A stretch of DNA of 64,000 bases. Source: Conger conger (Eukaryota). The notes under the pieces were generated by a model that had not been told where the DNA came from, did not search any database, and saw only the letters and a list, made by a program, of their open reading frames with translations. Shown here in pieces: positions 38,975-49,915 of this stretch. The stretch is taken from NCBI RefSeq assembly GCF_963514075.1, contig NC_083761.1, positions 49,925,777 to 49,989,776 on the forward strand, in the 5' to 3' direction. Numbering within the stretch: the first letter of the stretch is position 1; every line of letters begins with the position of its first letter. Both the position numbers and the translations under genes were made by a program.

Positions 38975-40875
38975 TACAATGGAGGAAATAAGTATTGAAC
39001 ACATCAACATTTTGTCCAGTAAATGTATTTCCAATGAGCCTATTCAAGTGAAATTTGCACCAGACTTTGGTATTCACTCAAAAAATCCAGACAAAAAAAT
39101 CGAAACATTGAAGTCCATATGTAAATAAAGTTATGTGTAATGAAGTGGAATGAAACAGGAAAAAAGTATTGAACACACTAAGAAAAACAGCAAGGAAAGG
39201 CAAGGAACCAGCTGAAAACCATAACTAATTAGGAGGCAACTCTACCTCCAATCTGTGCTAATTAATGTCAGCTGGGTTGGAATATCCATCCATCCATCCA
39301 TTATCTTAACCCGCTTATCCTGAACAGGGTCGCAGGGGGGCTGGAGCCTATCCCAGCATACATTGGGCGAAAGGCAGGAATACACCCTGGACAGGTCGCC
39401 AGTCCATCGCAGGGCACACACACCATTCACTCACACACTCATACCTATGGGCAATTTAGACTCTCCAATCAGTCTAACCTGCATGTCTTTGGACTGTGGG
39501 AGGAAACCGGAGTACCCGGAGGAAACCCACGCAGACACGGGGAGAACATGCAAACTCCGCCCGGGATTCAAACCCAGGACCTCCTTGCTGTGAGGTGGCA
39601 GTACTACCCACTGCACCATCCGTGCCGCCTTGGGTTAGAATATATTGATGAATTTTTTTTTTTTTGTCACCAAGGTGCCACACAAGAAACATCTAATGAT
39701 GGGTAAAAGTAAAGTGCTCTCTTGAGACCTTCGCAACCAGATTGTTGCAAAACATGAAAATGGAATTGGCTACAGACGTAATTTCACAACTTCTGAATCT
39801 TCCAGTAAGCACCATTGGGGGCATTATCCGTAAGTGGAAGCAACATCACTCCACCATCAACCGGCCACGCACAGGAGCTCCTCGCAAGATTTCTGATCAG
39901 GGAGTCAGAAGGATACTTAGAAGAGTAGCCAAAGAGCCAAGGACCACTCCAGAAAGACTTGGAGGCAGCAGGTACAACTGTGACAGAAAGGACAGTAGGC
40001 AATGCACTCCACCGCCATGGCCTCTGTGCACGCTCAGCCCGCAAGACTCCACTACTGAAAAAAAGACATGTTGAAGCTCGTTTAAAGTTTGCCAAACAAC
40101 ATCTGGACAAGCCAGTGAACTACTGGGAGCATGTACTCTGGTCAGATGAGACGAAAATTGAACTTTTTGGCGGTCACACAACACACCATGTTTGGAGGAC
40201 AAATGGCACTGCACATCACCCGAATAACACTATACCAACAGTGAAGTTTGGAGGTGGAAGTATCATAGCGCGGGGCTGTTTCTCTTCTCGTGGTACTGGC
40301 AGACTTCATATCATTGAAGGAACAAGGATGAGACGTGGGTGGACCTTCCAGCAGGACAACGATCCAAAGCATACAGCAAAGGAAACTCGCAATTGGTTTC
40401 AGAGAAAGAAAATCAACTTGTTGGAATGGCCCAGTCAATCACCTGACTTAAACCCAACTGAAAATTTTTGGAAGCATGTGAAGATCCAGATTCACAAGAG
40501 GGCCCCCTGCAATCTTAAAGATTTAAAGACAATCTGTGTAGAGGAATGGGCCAAAATCACACCTGAATACTGCGGGCGATTAGTTACTTCACACAGAAAG
40601 CGCATTGAAACTGTCATTACAAACAAAGGCTTCTCCATTGAGTATTGAATTAATTTCAGTTAGTGTGTTCAATACTTTTTTCCTATGTCATTCCACTTTA
40701 TTACACATAACTTTATTTACATATGGACTTTAATGTTTAGATTTTTTGTCTGGACTTCTTGAGTTAATTCCACAGTCTGGTGCAAATTTCACTTGAATGG
40801 CCTCATTGGAAATACATTTACTGGACAAAATGTTGATGTACATGTTGATGTTCAATACTTATTTCCCCCATTGTA
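38975..40875 (+). mobile_element. Tc1-like transposon with long (~200 bp) terminal inverted repeats and a near-complete but frameshifted transposase. It lies in CDIPT intron 5 and itself carries a SINE insertion.
   Basis: Left end tacaatggaggaaataagtattgaacac... matches right end ...gttcaatacttatttcccccattgta, inverted over ~200 bp. ORFs 39742..40074 and 39959..40648 encode a Tc1 transposase ([35 protein letters not shown]) containing a frameshift and a deletion. Confidence 0.8.
39284..39629 (-). mobile_element. tRNA-derived SINE of the widespread teleost family (sense begins GGCGGCACGGATGGTGCAGTGGG and ends with a (GGAT)n tail), inserted into the Tc1 element with a ~13-bp target-site duplication.
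   Basis: The reverse complement reads ggcggcacggatggtgcagtgggtagtactgccacctcacagcaaggaggtcctgggtt...tggatggatggatgg. The flanks gctgggttggaatat | ...| ttgggttagaatat form the TSD. Confidence 0.8.
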
Positions 40876-41436
40876 TCATATAGGGCAGGGCACCACTACA
40901 TTACATCTCCTGTAGCCTATCCCATCTAGACACAACCTGATACCAGAGACAAAACCAACCATGTGATATTTGGATGGATCAATTGTATACCAGGGGACGT
41001 GTGTGAACTTGAGAACTGCTTGCAAGCGGTTTGCCCTGGGGGCTCGCACACACCGTGACATACAATCTGAAATCACAGCGTCTTTTTGTTTTTGTCTTGT
41101 TGTTTTTTAGGTTGTTTCTAACAAATTATTTTCTTTAATTTAGAGTATACTGGTACCATACGTCAGTCGGATTGCAAACTGTATTAGTTGTCATTACAAC
41201 AAACATAATGTGTGATGCCAACACCAAAGTTGAAGACACAAGAGGGAAATGGAAACTGTTAACTGTTTGTATTAAGAAAAACTGGATAAGGGACATAGTT
41301 CTAGACATAGTATAGGTTGGTAAATCTATGCAAATAGTCAGTAGAGTTCAGTAGACTAGGTAAATAGATGTAGTGAGAGCTGATGATTCAAATCAGAAAA
41401 ACAATCTTGTTGGTTGGTAACTTTCTGGTAACTCAC

Positions 41437-41518
41437 CGTGTGTCTCCTCGATGTAATACATGAAGTACAGCAGGCAGAAGAAGAGCTCATTGCCCATACA
41501 CATAACAAATAACACCGA
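41437..41518 (-). CDS. CDIPT: CDIPT exon 5 encoding SVLFVMCMGNELFFCLLYFMYYIEETH.
   Basis: Matches human PALFTLCAGNELFYCLLYLFHFSEG. The acceptor is ccccag|TCG and the donor is CACG|gtgagtt. Confidence 0.75.
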
Positions 41519-41633
41519 CTGGGGGAGAAACAACAGTCAGCACAGTATACAACTGCTCACATTGTGTGTATTTGTGTATGCCTGGGTGTATGGTTTACAT
41601 TTGTGTAAAGAGTTTTGTTCCAGCTTTTCATAC

Positions 41634-41715
41634 CTTGGAGGTATAGTAGAGCCTAAGGATGGGGTTCCCAGACAGATCAATCGTCTTGTGGCTTGAAGCT
41701 CCCTTCATCATTGAA
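41634..41715 (-). CDS. CDIPT: CDIPT exon 4 encoding SSMMKGASSHKTIDLSGNPILRLYYTSK.
   Basis: Matches human SSVVRGSESHKMIDLSGNPVLRIYYTSR. The acceptor is cttag|TTC and the donor is CAAG|gtatga. Length is 82 nt. Confidence 0.85.
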
Positions 41716-41821
41716 CTAAGAAAACAATGAAAGAGAATTAACACAGAGAGCGTAAACAAAATGTGAACACCATCTCACTACACATATCCATAGATCAGCT
41801 TTGGTGTTCTGACTGGGTTAC

Positions 41822-41975
41822 CTATGCAGATGCAGCCAGTGACTTGCGATGTCCAAGCTCATACTGAGCTGGAAGAGGAAGGCGTAGGACGGGTAGAGCA
41901 TAGCCAGGTTCACCAGCAGGCACATAGTAGCACAGCGGTCTGTTAGCATGTCCAGCATTGCACCAAACTTAGTAG
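41822..41975 (-). CDS. CDIPT: CDIPT exon 3 encoding (A)TKFGAMLDMLTDRCATMCLLVNLAMLYPSYAFLFQLSMSLDIASHWLHLH.
   Basis: Matches human TRFGAMLDMLTDRCSTMCLLVNLALLYPGATLFFQISMSLDVASHWLHLH. The acceptor is atacag|CT and the donor is CATAG|gtaacc. Confidence 0.85.
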
Positions 41976-42784
41976 CTGTATTTCAAAATAAACAAATAAA
42001 CACAAATGTTATCCAAAAGGTTCAAGCCCCCGTGTAGCCACAATAAGGTCAGCAGTTGAGCAAGGCCCTTAACCCAACATTGCTCCAGGGGGGATTCGCA
42101 GTTGCTTTGGCATCAGCATCAGCTAAATAACTGTACTGTAATCTCTTCTCCATGATGAATGCAATACAAAGCAGTGAGCGATGCTGATAAGTCAGTTCAA
42201 CAAGTGGTAGCCTATTGCCAGCTTTCCAGACAAATAAGCCTGAATGACTGGAGAGGATTTTGCGATTGCGGACAGTGGCTGGGAGTTGAATAGGCTACCT
42301 GAAAAAAGCCGAAAACCGCAAACTTACTTTTTTTGACTTTGGAAAAAGCACAGAGTAGCGGGCAACTCTGTCTACAGGTAGCCGATGTTCCATATCATTC
42401 CTCAGGTAGTGTGCTATAGTTACAATATCTGTTGTTCAGCAAGTAGCATATTGGTATTGATGTTATTGAGTAGGCATTTTTATGCAATCACTCCTTGTCA
42501 GTGTCATGCCTTCGAAATATTAGGAGTTTGAAAATATTACCGGTAAAACACTGTTATAGACATGTTTTGTGCAATCATAAATTAATTGTAATTTTTTTGC
42601 CCAGGTTCTTTCCTAAAATAATCATGTTTACATCAATTTGTTTGAACTATTACTTTAGCTTATTCCCAGAGTTAGGAATGTTTAAAATTATTATTATTAA
42701 ATAATTTCTTATGTTTTCATGGATTGCTTGTTTAGGAAATATTAAAATATTTTCATGTAGTAAGTTACTTTTTTCCAATAATGA

Positions 42785-43047
42785 AATGGTAAATGGTTGG
42801 CATTTATATAGCGCCTTTATCCAAAGCGCTGTACAATTGATGCTTCTCATTCACCCATTCATACACACACTCACACACCAACGGCGATTGGCTGTCATGC
42901 AAGGCGCCGACCAGCTCGTCAGGAGCATTTGGGGGTTAGGTGTCTTGCTCAGGGACACTTCGACACAGCCCGGGCGGGGGATCGAACCGGCAACCCTCCG
43001 ACTGCCAGACGACTGCGCTTACTGCCTGAGCCATGTCGCCCCCAAAT
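42785..43047 (-). mobile_element. Complete copy of the second tRNA-SINE family, inside CDIPT intron 2.
   Basis: The reverse complement begins ggggcgacatggctcaggcagtaagcgcagtcgtctggcagtcggagggttgccggttcgatcccc (tRNA-like) and ends ...tacagcgctttggataaaggcgctatataaatgccaacc. Confidence 0.75.
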
Positions 43048-43174
43048 TTAAATCACTTTAAACTTGGCTGAGAAATATGCAAATATAAAGAGATGCAAAT
43101 ATTATTTAGGTATAGACAAGTACACGTCAACAAAGAATGCTGAACTTATTCATTGCCCTCACAGACTTAGTTAC

Positions 43175-43309
43175 CTTGGTTGAGGGCACGAGCAGCATGC
43201 CCATCGAAGGCATCCAAGAGGGCACTGACAAGATAACAGAGCACTGCTAGAACTGGGCAACATGGCATGAAGTAGAAAGCCAGCAGTGCCAGAACTATGC
43301 GGGCATAGC
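43175..43309 (-). CDS. CDIPT: CDIPT exon 2 encoding GYARIVLALLAFYFMPCCPVLAVLCYLVSALLDAFDGHAARALNQ.
   Basis: Near-identical to human YARIVFAIISFYFMPCCP...LLDAFDGHAARALNQG (the CDP-alcohol phosphotransferase motif DG..AR). The acceptor is ctcacag|GC and the donor is CAAG|gtaact. Confidence 0.9.
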
Positions 43310-43779
43310 CTGTGAGAGGAAAGAAATGTTGAAGGGGTATGATTTTGTAATGACGCACAACAAACATCAAATTAGGTTGTCAATATATTGCCCAAAATAC
43401 GGTGGCAGATGGAATGTTTATAAGACAAGCCAGTAAGCTAAATTGTAATGACTGATTAAAGACAACTTCCTAAATTAATGTAACTACCGATTTCCGGGTC
43501 AGAAAATATGATGAAAATAAGATCAGCGAATAAAGGAAACGCACTTCAAATGAACGCCTTTCTACTCTGAAGATTGCACTGCGTAAGGAAAAACACAGTT
43601 AAATCTTGTCCTAACCTATAATTTACACATTCAGTAGCGCTGTTTCTGTCGTGTTTTGAAATCTTAGCTAATCGGGATATCATTAAAATTTTAGGTAGGC
43701 TGCCATTTATAATTATCAATAGCAGGTAGCTAGCTAGCTCGCTCGCTCGCTATCACATGGTGAACAAATTCGAACTCAC

Positions 43780-43822
43780 CAATCAAATTTGGGACGAAAA
43801 GAAAAATATTTTCTTCAGCCAT
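43780..43822 (-). CDS. CDIPT: CDIPT exon 1, with ATG at 43822-43820, encoding MAEENIFLFVPNLI(G).
   Basis: Matches the human CDIPT N-terminus MPDENIFLFVPNLIGYARIV. The donor is ATTG|gtgagttcg and a CpG-rich region lies immediately upstream. Confidence 0.8.
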
Positions 43823-44300
43823 AGCAGCACCCGTAGATGTGTTCGTTTAGAGATGTTAGCGCTTATTGGAAATATCTTTCCTTATCTCTACTCGGTATTA
43901 AGGAAGGTCTCTTTGGAATTGTTGTATTTTTGACAGTAGGTCAAGTAGGAGACGACATCCGGCGCGGTTGAACGTACAAGGACCGAACATCCCCTTTAAG
44001 TGGAATGACGCATATGGGCTCGTTGAGGCGTTTCGTCGGTTCGTGGTTCATGCTATTGACGTTAAGTCTTAAAAAGGCATCGGCATTGCCTTACGTGGCT
44101 GACGTTAAGATTAAGAGATACGTGTACAAAATTGGTTAGAAAAGCCACAGACTACCTACACTTTGTTTGAAGTATTATGCAATGCTGCCGGCAGATGAAC
44201 TAGAACTACATTTCCTCGCAATGATTCCACCCGAACGCGGGGCGGGGTTGAACTTCTATTCTCAGTGCAAGAAATGTGTCATTTAATGTAAAAATATTAA
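43823..44300 (-). promoter_or_regulatory. CDIPT: CpG-rich region immediately upstream of the CDIPT start codon. It probably holds the CDIPT core promoter and 5'UTR.
   Basis: High CpG density (cggcgcgg, gcgggg, cgtttcgtcggttcg) directly 5' of exon 1 on the minus strand. Confidence 0.4.
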
Positions 44301-44454
44301 TATTAATTTGAAACAATGAGACGCGGTGGTATGTGGTATGCATCACATTTTTGAAACAGTTTGTCAGAACTCATAAATCATGATAGTGTAATAGTTTACT
44401 TTGGGAGGCAAGAGCAGTCTGGCAGTATTTCACACGCACAGTTGCCGATTCAGT

Positions 44455-44652
44455 TCTGCCCTGGGTGTGTCAAAGTGTCCCTGAGCAAGACACTTAACCG
44501 CTAAATGCTGCTGAGGAGCTGGTTGCTGCCTTGCATGGCAGCCAACCGCCATTGGTGTGAGAGTGGGTGAATGAGAAGCATCAATTGTACAGCGCTTTGG
44601 ATGAAGGTGCTATATAAATGCCAACCAGTTACCATTTAGTTTGCATACAGTG
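44455..44652 (+). mobile_element. 3' half of the second tRNA-SINE family.
   Basis: ...gtgtccctgagcaagacacttaacc...tacagcgctttggatgaaggtgctatataaatgccaacc. Confidence 0.65.
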
Positions 44653-46089
44653 GGGTTAGTTTTTTTACATTTAAATATCTTGGAACGTACTGGTGTTAAT
44701 GATCACGTCCAAGATATTTAAATAACAAAACAATGCTCCCTCCCAATGAGCTTACAAGAGCTTCCATCTTCATTTAAAAATGACACTTGATTGCAATTGA
44801 CTTATGATTATCTACATTCTGGAACACTATTTTCATATCTGTGTTAATTTGTGTTCAAATTGTGTTAATTCAAATATAACAAATTATGAAGAGCAAAAAT
44901 TGGCATGCCATCAGGCTAGTGATTCTGTACATTTTCAGCCATCTTCGTGCTTCATGAAAATATCAGTAATGAGTAGAGTACAGATTTCACAGGGCTGGGT
45001 GGATACCCCGCCCCCCTCCCACATCTTGGCAACAAATCCTGGCCTTGCAGATCACACTGAATTCTAATGCTTGCATACTGTGTGGGAGAAGGTGCCATCT
45101 TTCTGGGTGAGGTAAAACCAAGGTCCTGACCCACTGTGGTCATTAAAGCTCCCATGGCACCTGGAACAAAAGCATAGGTGTTCATCACAGCGTCCTGGTC
45201 TTAAATACCAAAAAAAAAAAAAAACACATTTTAAACCGTTTTATGTCTACATGGACAAAATTGTGTTGAGTCAAAGAAAAGCACGATATATATACTTGTG
45301 TTTATTTTTTATTACTTCCTGTACAACAAATTTTGAAAGAATCCCTCAAACCCAAGGCTTTTTAATATTCAGTTTCCATGTGCCATTTTCTAAAGGCCAA
45401 TAACTCTTCCATGCCTCCTATCAGAGAATGAGAAGAGATACAGCAGCATAATCTCTTTGACCGGTCCTGCCTCTGACCCTGATCCTGGACAGCATGCGTG
45501 AATGACCGTTATTTCTATATTAAACTGCAGTACCTATACTTCTAAGGAGATCCACCATATTTGACTGAGAACACAGTGAAATACAGTGACCACACACCCT
45601 CAGGGCACTGGTACATTGAAACTGTAGCATACAACCTGTATGTATTTTAAATGACTGGTAGACGTGGGAAAACTGCTGGTACGTGAATATGCTTGTTTCG
45701 CTCACTTCCAACAGTCTGTACTTTGGACTCAGTCTAGTTTTTTTTTGCCTTTGCTGTTAAAAATGTGTCAGAAGACTGACATAAAGGTACGACACTTGTT
45801 GAGCTGGGGTGATTGTGGAAAAAAGACAGAATTGTAGTCTTTAACATATAGCTACAACTGCACTGTACACATTTAATACTGGTGCTAACATACTGCATAC
45901 TCTTCACAATGCATTTTCCTGGCTCATACCCTGAGGTTTAACAGGGACCGGTGGGTTAGAAACGCCTACTTTTTCTTTTCCTACTCTTCTTAAATCTCTC
46001 TATTAGTCACACGTCACACATTCCCCACCTAGTGGTCAAAATTGGCATTTTTAAAAGAACATTTAAAAATAACAGAATTGGTGTACATC

Positions 46090-46290
46090 ATACATAATTA
46101 CAACAACAATAATAATAATTGAATTAGTAGCAGTAGTAATAACAGTAGTAGCAGTAATAGTAGTAGTAGTAATAATATATTTTTTAAAAGTGTTCCCATT
46201 CTGTGTTTTGCTCATTACACATCATTATCATCATAAGGATAATTATGATAACAATGATTATTATTACTATTATTACTATCGACATATTTT
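46090..46290. repeat. Degenerate trinucleotide satellite (AAT/AGT)n on one side and (ATC/ATT)n on the other. A similar block lies at 31860-32080.
   Basis: aataataattgaattagtagcagtagtaataacagtagtagcagtaatagtagtagtag ... catcattatcatcataaggataattatgataacaatgattattattactattatta. Confidence 0.7.
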
Positions 46291-47168
46291 AGAGTTAGTG
46301 CTTTTATATACACATATATATGTACAATATACGTCAAAAGTGTCAGACAGTGAACAATGCTTACTGTCAATACACTTTTGACAGGTACTATATATATATA
46401 AATGTGTATACTTATGTATACAAATGCTTTGTACATTAATTTCATGCATTGTAGCAACTCCCATAGACGCATACATCTATATGTCATGTATACATATACT
46501 CAGTATGCTTGTAATAGAATACTGGGGAGCTGTCCTTTCATGGTCACAGAAATGCTTGCCTTTTAATAGTAGGTAAATATATGGGGGGAATGTGCCAAAT
46601 TGCTTTACAAGCATTCAGTATATTCACATGAATGTACATATCTATAATTTATTGTTTGGCCAACAATAAAATACACCATGGCAGCACCCCATTAAGAAAC
46701 CATAAAGGCAGTGGTTGGACATGTAGTAGGTGTTTTCGGAGCCACTGTATGGCAGTGTAATTATTTTCATTTACACACTTAAAACGGTTTTAAAAATCAG
46801 CCCACCGCCTCTGCCCACATCAAGTTCAACAAACCGCACTGCTATTAATAATGATCAATTATTTTTCCACTGTTAAGTTATTTACATGAAGCATTTCTTT
46901 CCAATGCATATCTCCCTTTGTACTTTTGAGACATCTCTACTCTGTCTTTTCTCACAGACATCCCTTTTTCTTCCATTCAGTTTTTCTGCACTACTAAAAA
47001 ACAGTCCACAAAATATCAGATTTCCATTGGCGCCACCATGCCCTCTTCTCAAACAGTGTTTGGTGTCTGTATGAAGGTTATATAAATGTTGCCTGCTCTC
47101 TTTCAAGCCACCAGCACTATTATCCACCTGACCCTCTTTCCTCCTTTCCCCTCTCCTTTTAGTCCTCT

Positions 47169-48038
47169 CTAAGAGTATGAGAGGTGTGAGCCGTTGGAAA
47201 TGTGAGAGGTGACCGAGGTACTCCGGCTCAGTCCCCCCTCCCCGCCTCCAGAACCCCCTGGCCCCCCACCGGAGGCAGTTCTCCTCAGGGGCTGGGGGCT
47301 GTTCCTCAGGGCCATCAAACTAGGGCCCCTCACTGCCAGGCCACCACCCCCGCTCCCACTGTAGCCCCCCTGAGAGGAGGAGGACGAGGAGGAGGAGGGC
47401 GGGGAAGAGGAGGAGAGAGAAATTGGGGGTGGGGGAGGCGGAGGTGGGAGGAGGGCCAGGGACTGAGATGAGGAGTGGGAGGGCAAGTGGTGGGAGTGGG
47501 CGTGGGAGTGGGACAAATGGCTCCCTCCTCCCCCCCATTCCCGCTCTCTCTCCCGCTCTCTCTCCCGCTCCCGGTAAAGGTGCGGGGTGCTCTGGTGGTG
47601 GTAGTGCTGTTGGAGGTAGTGGTGGTGGTGGTGGTGGGAGGATGAGGAGGAAGAGGAGGAGGAAGCCGAGGAGTGGGAGGAATGGACGCCCCCCTCCCGG
47701 CTGGAGACGGACTCGGCGCGGCCGAACCCGCTGCTCCCGCTGCAGCTGTTCTGGCTCCTCCAGGAGGGCGGCGCCCCCGAGTTCTGGGGGTGCACGCCGT
47801 GCGTCCAGTGGCTGCCGGAGCGAGGCACGGGGCGCGAGGGCCAGCCGCCTGACGCGGCGGGGGGGTTGGGGTAGCCCTGGTTAAAGGCCTCGGCGGGGAT
47901 GCCCGTCAGCGCCATGTTGCTGAAGCCCAGCCGCATGCTCTCCGAGTCGAAGGCCTCGATCTCGCGGGCCTGGCGCTCCAGCAGGGTCCGGATTCGCTCC
48001 GAGCGCTCGTTCTGGAGAGAGAGCATCTCCTCCTCTAT
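47169..48038 (-). CDS. TAOK2: TAOK2 terminal coding exon of the short (beta-type) isoform. It encodes [51 protein letters not shown]... then a long low-complexity tail (His6, Ser runs, (RE)6, Pro8, Gly runs) ending ...NGSHLSYS, with a stop at 47169.
   Basis: The start is near-identical to the human TAOK2 C-terminal region [40 protein letters not shown]. The end motif [12 protein letters not shown] matches human SHILNGSSHFYS. The acceptor is cctcag|ATA. ORF is 47169..48026. Confidence 0.8.
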   Translation of the reverse strand: MEEEMLSLQNERSERIRTLLERQAREIEAFDSESMRLGFSNMALTGIPAEAFNQGYPNPPAASGGWPSRPVPRSGSHWTHGVHPQNSGAPPSWRSQNSCSGSSGFGRAESVSSREGGVHSSHSSASSSSSSSSSHHHHHHYLQQHYHHQSTPHLYREREREREREREWGGGGSHLSHSHAHSHHLPSHSSSQSLALLPPPPPPPPISLSSSSPPSSSSSSSSQGGYSGSGGGGLAVRGPSLMALRNSPQPLRRTASGGGPGGSGGGEGGLSRSTSVTSHISNGSHLSYS

Positions 48039-48117
48039 CTGAGGAAGGGAGGGAGAGGTCAGTACAGAACACGAAACGCTGAAAATGTTGTGAAGCGCAC
48101 TCCGGCCCGCGCCTCAC

Positions 48118-48300
48118 CCTCTGCTCCAGCAGCGCCCGGCGGATGGACACCCTCTGCTCCAGGTCCTTGGCCTCGCGCTCGTGCTGAGAGTCGGTGTGGA
48201 TCTTGATCTTGCTCTGGTAGGCGTTCAGCAGCTCCAGCTCCTGCTGCAGCTGCATGCGCAGCACCTGGTACTCGGCCTCCTGAGACTCATCCAATCGCAG
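48118..48300 (-). CDS. TAOK2: TAOK2 exon encoding [61 protein letters not shown].
   Basis: Matches human [61 protein letters not shown]. The acceptor is cctcag|CTG and the donor is AGG|gtgagg. Length is 183 nt. Confidence 0.85.
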
Positions 48301-48486
48301 CTGAGGGAGAAGATGGGAGGGGCACATCCCTCAGCTGGTGGTGTGGTATCTGTGTAAAGTTTGGTTTCACATACACTATATCTGACCTTTCTCGGAATCT
48401 GAGCAGTCATGCTTACTATTCAGTATTGGTCAAACCCACCTCTTACTCTCTTTGTGATGTTTTATAAAACTAGTTCTTAATAGTAA

Positions 48487-49915
48487 CAATACTACAGTGC
48501 CCTCCATAATGTTTGGGACAAAGACCCATTTGTCTCGATTTGCCAACTTTAAGATTTTGAATAACACAATTATCACATGGTTAAAGTGCACATTCTTAGA
48601 TTTTATTGAAGGAAATTTTTATACGCTGTATAAATTACAGCGGTGTTTATACATAAATTTCTCAGGCGTGTTGAATTGCCTATTTAATGCACATACGAGA
48701 GCTCTTGGCACCTAGTCTTTCCACTCGTCTTTCGATCACCTTTGGAAACTATTATTGCCATTTTACATGAGGAGGGGTCACTCCGCTCTGCACCCTGGTT
48801 CACTCCTGAACTGAGGGTACAGAAATCTGCACGGCACATTCTGGAATGGCGGCTGCTGGGCTTCTAAATTTCAAACTGGCCGATAGAGCGCACCAAAGAG
48901 GTACGATCAACCTTCTTGTCATATGGTCCAGCCTCAGGCCCAGATAGCAAGCGACACCGGACCGGTTCTTGGACCTCGCTATCTGGGACTCCTGTTACCA
49001 TCGCTAACACTTTTTCTGCTGTCAGTTTTGGTTTCATCATTGTACTTCTGGCAAGATGACGGTCAGTTTGACAATTTGATCTTATCTTGTGTGCGCAAGA
49101 TAAAAAATATAACTTTTCGGGACTTTGGGGGCTCCGTAGATTTGTGTAGCAAACACAATAACAAAGATGATGTTTTCCATCCTCGGCTGGCCAGTATCAT
49201 GGGACGTACCAAAACATTCGCACCCATGGGTTATTCCCCCTCCCAATTGTGCTTGACATCGGTTGCATGAAATCTTGCCGATCTAAAAACGCTAAATGCA
49301 TTACAAATTGAAATCCCATTGTATTTAGCATATAGCTATGTATTTAAATCATGAAACATACACTTTGAACCCAGACTTCCAAGCGATGTAGTTTGCTTAA
49401 ATTTAGCTTTCAACGCTCTATTTAATAGGGAGCAGTATACAGGCGGTATCATTGAATGATACCGCCTGTATACTGCTCCCTATTAAATAGAGCGTTGAAA
49501 GCTAAATTTAAGCAAACTACATCGCTTGGAAGTCTGGGTTCAAAGTGTATGTTTCACAGAATAACTTTATCATAAAGAGAATTCATCATGTCATCAGCTG
49601 TGGAGGTCTCTGTCAGTCTCTTTGCGATGAGTAAGCTCACCAGTGCTCCCTTTCTTTTTTACAATGTTCCTAACAGTTAATTTTGGTAAGCCAAATGTCT
49701 GGCCGATGTCTAACCATTTTATTCTCGTTTCTCAGCCTCGTAATGCCCTCTCACTTTCATTGGCACAGTTTTGGTCCTCATGTTGATAAACAACAAAAAA
49801 AGTTTCCAAAGGTGATCAAAAGACATAGGAAAGACTAGGGGCTGAGAGCTCTCTTATACCTGCATAACAAAGTAATTACAAACATGTGTCCCAAAGATTA
49901 TGGTACCCTGAAATG
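48487..49915. mobile_element. Non-autonomous Tc1-like element (family D) with long inverted arms and a central perfect palindrome, in a TAOK2 intron.
   Basis: Left terminus tacagtgccctccataatgtttgggacaaagaccc and a diverged inverted copy ...gtgtcccaaagattatggtaccctg near 49885-49915. Internal inverted segments agtctttccactcgtctttcgatcacctttggaaac (48700-48730) match gtttccaaaggtgatc...ggaaagactagg (49800-49830). Confidence 0.5.
49352..49557. repeat. Near-perfect 206-bp palindrome with ~100-bp arms and a 4-nt centre.
   Basis: Arm tgaaacatacactttgaacccagacttccaagcgatgtagtttgcttaaatttagctttcaacgctctatttaatagggagcagtatacaggcggtatcatt is followed by its exact reverse complement from 49457 on. No mismatches were seen by eye. 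Confidence 0.8.

Noticed and set aside
39742-40648. ORFs of 110 and 229 aa with good protein-like composition in a CDIPT intron
   Set aside because: They encode a frameshifted Tc1 transposase (DDE motifs [11 protein letters not shown] / FQQDNDPKH / LNPTENFW), flanked by the element's long TIRs. They are not host genes.
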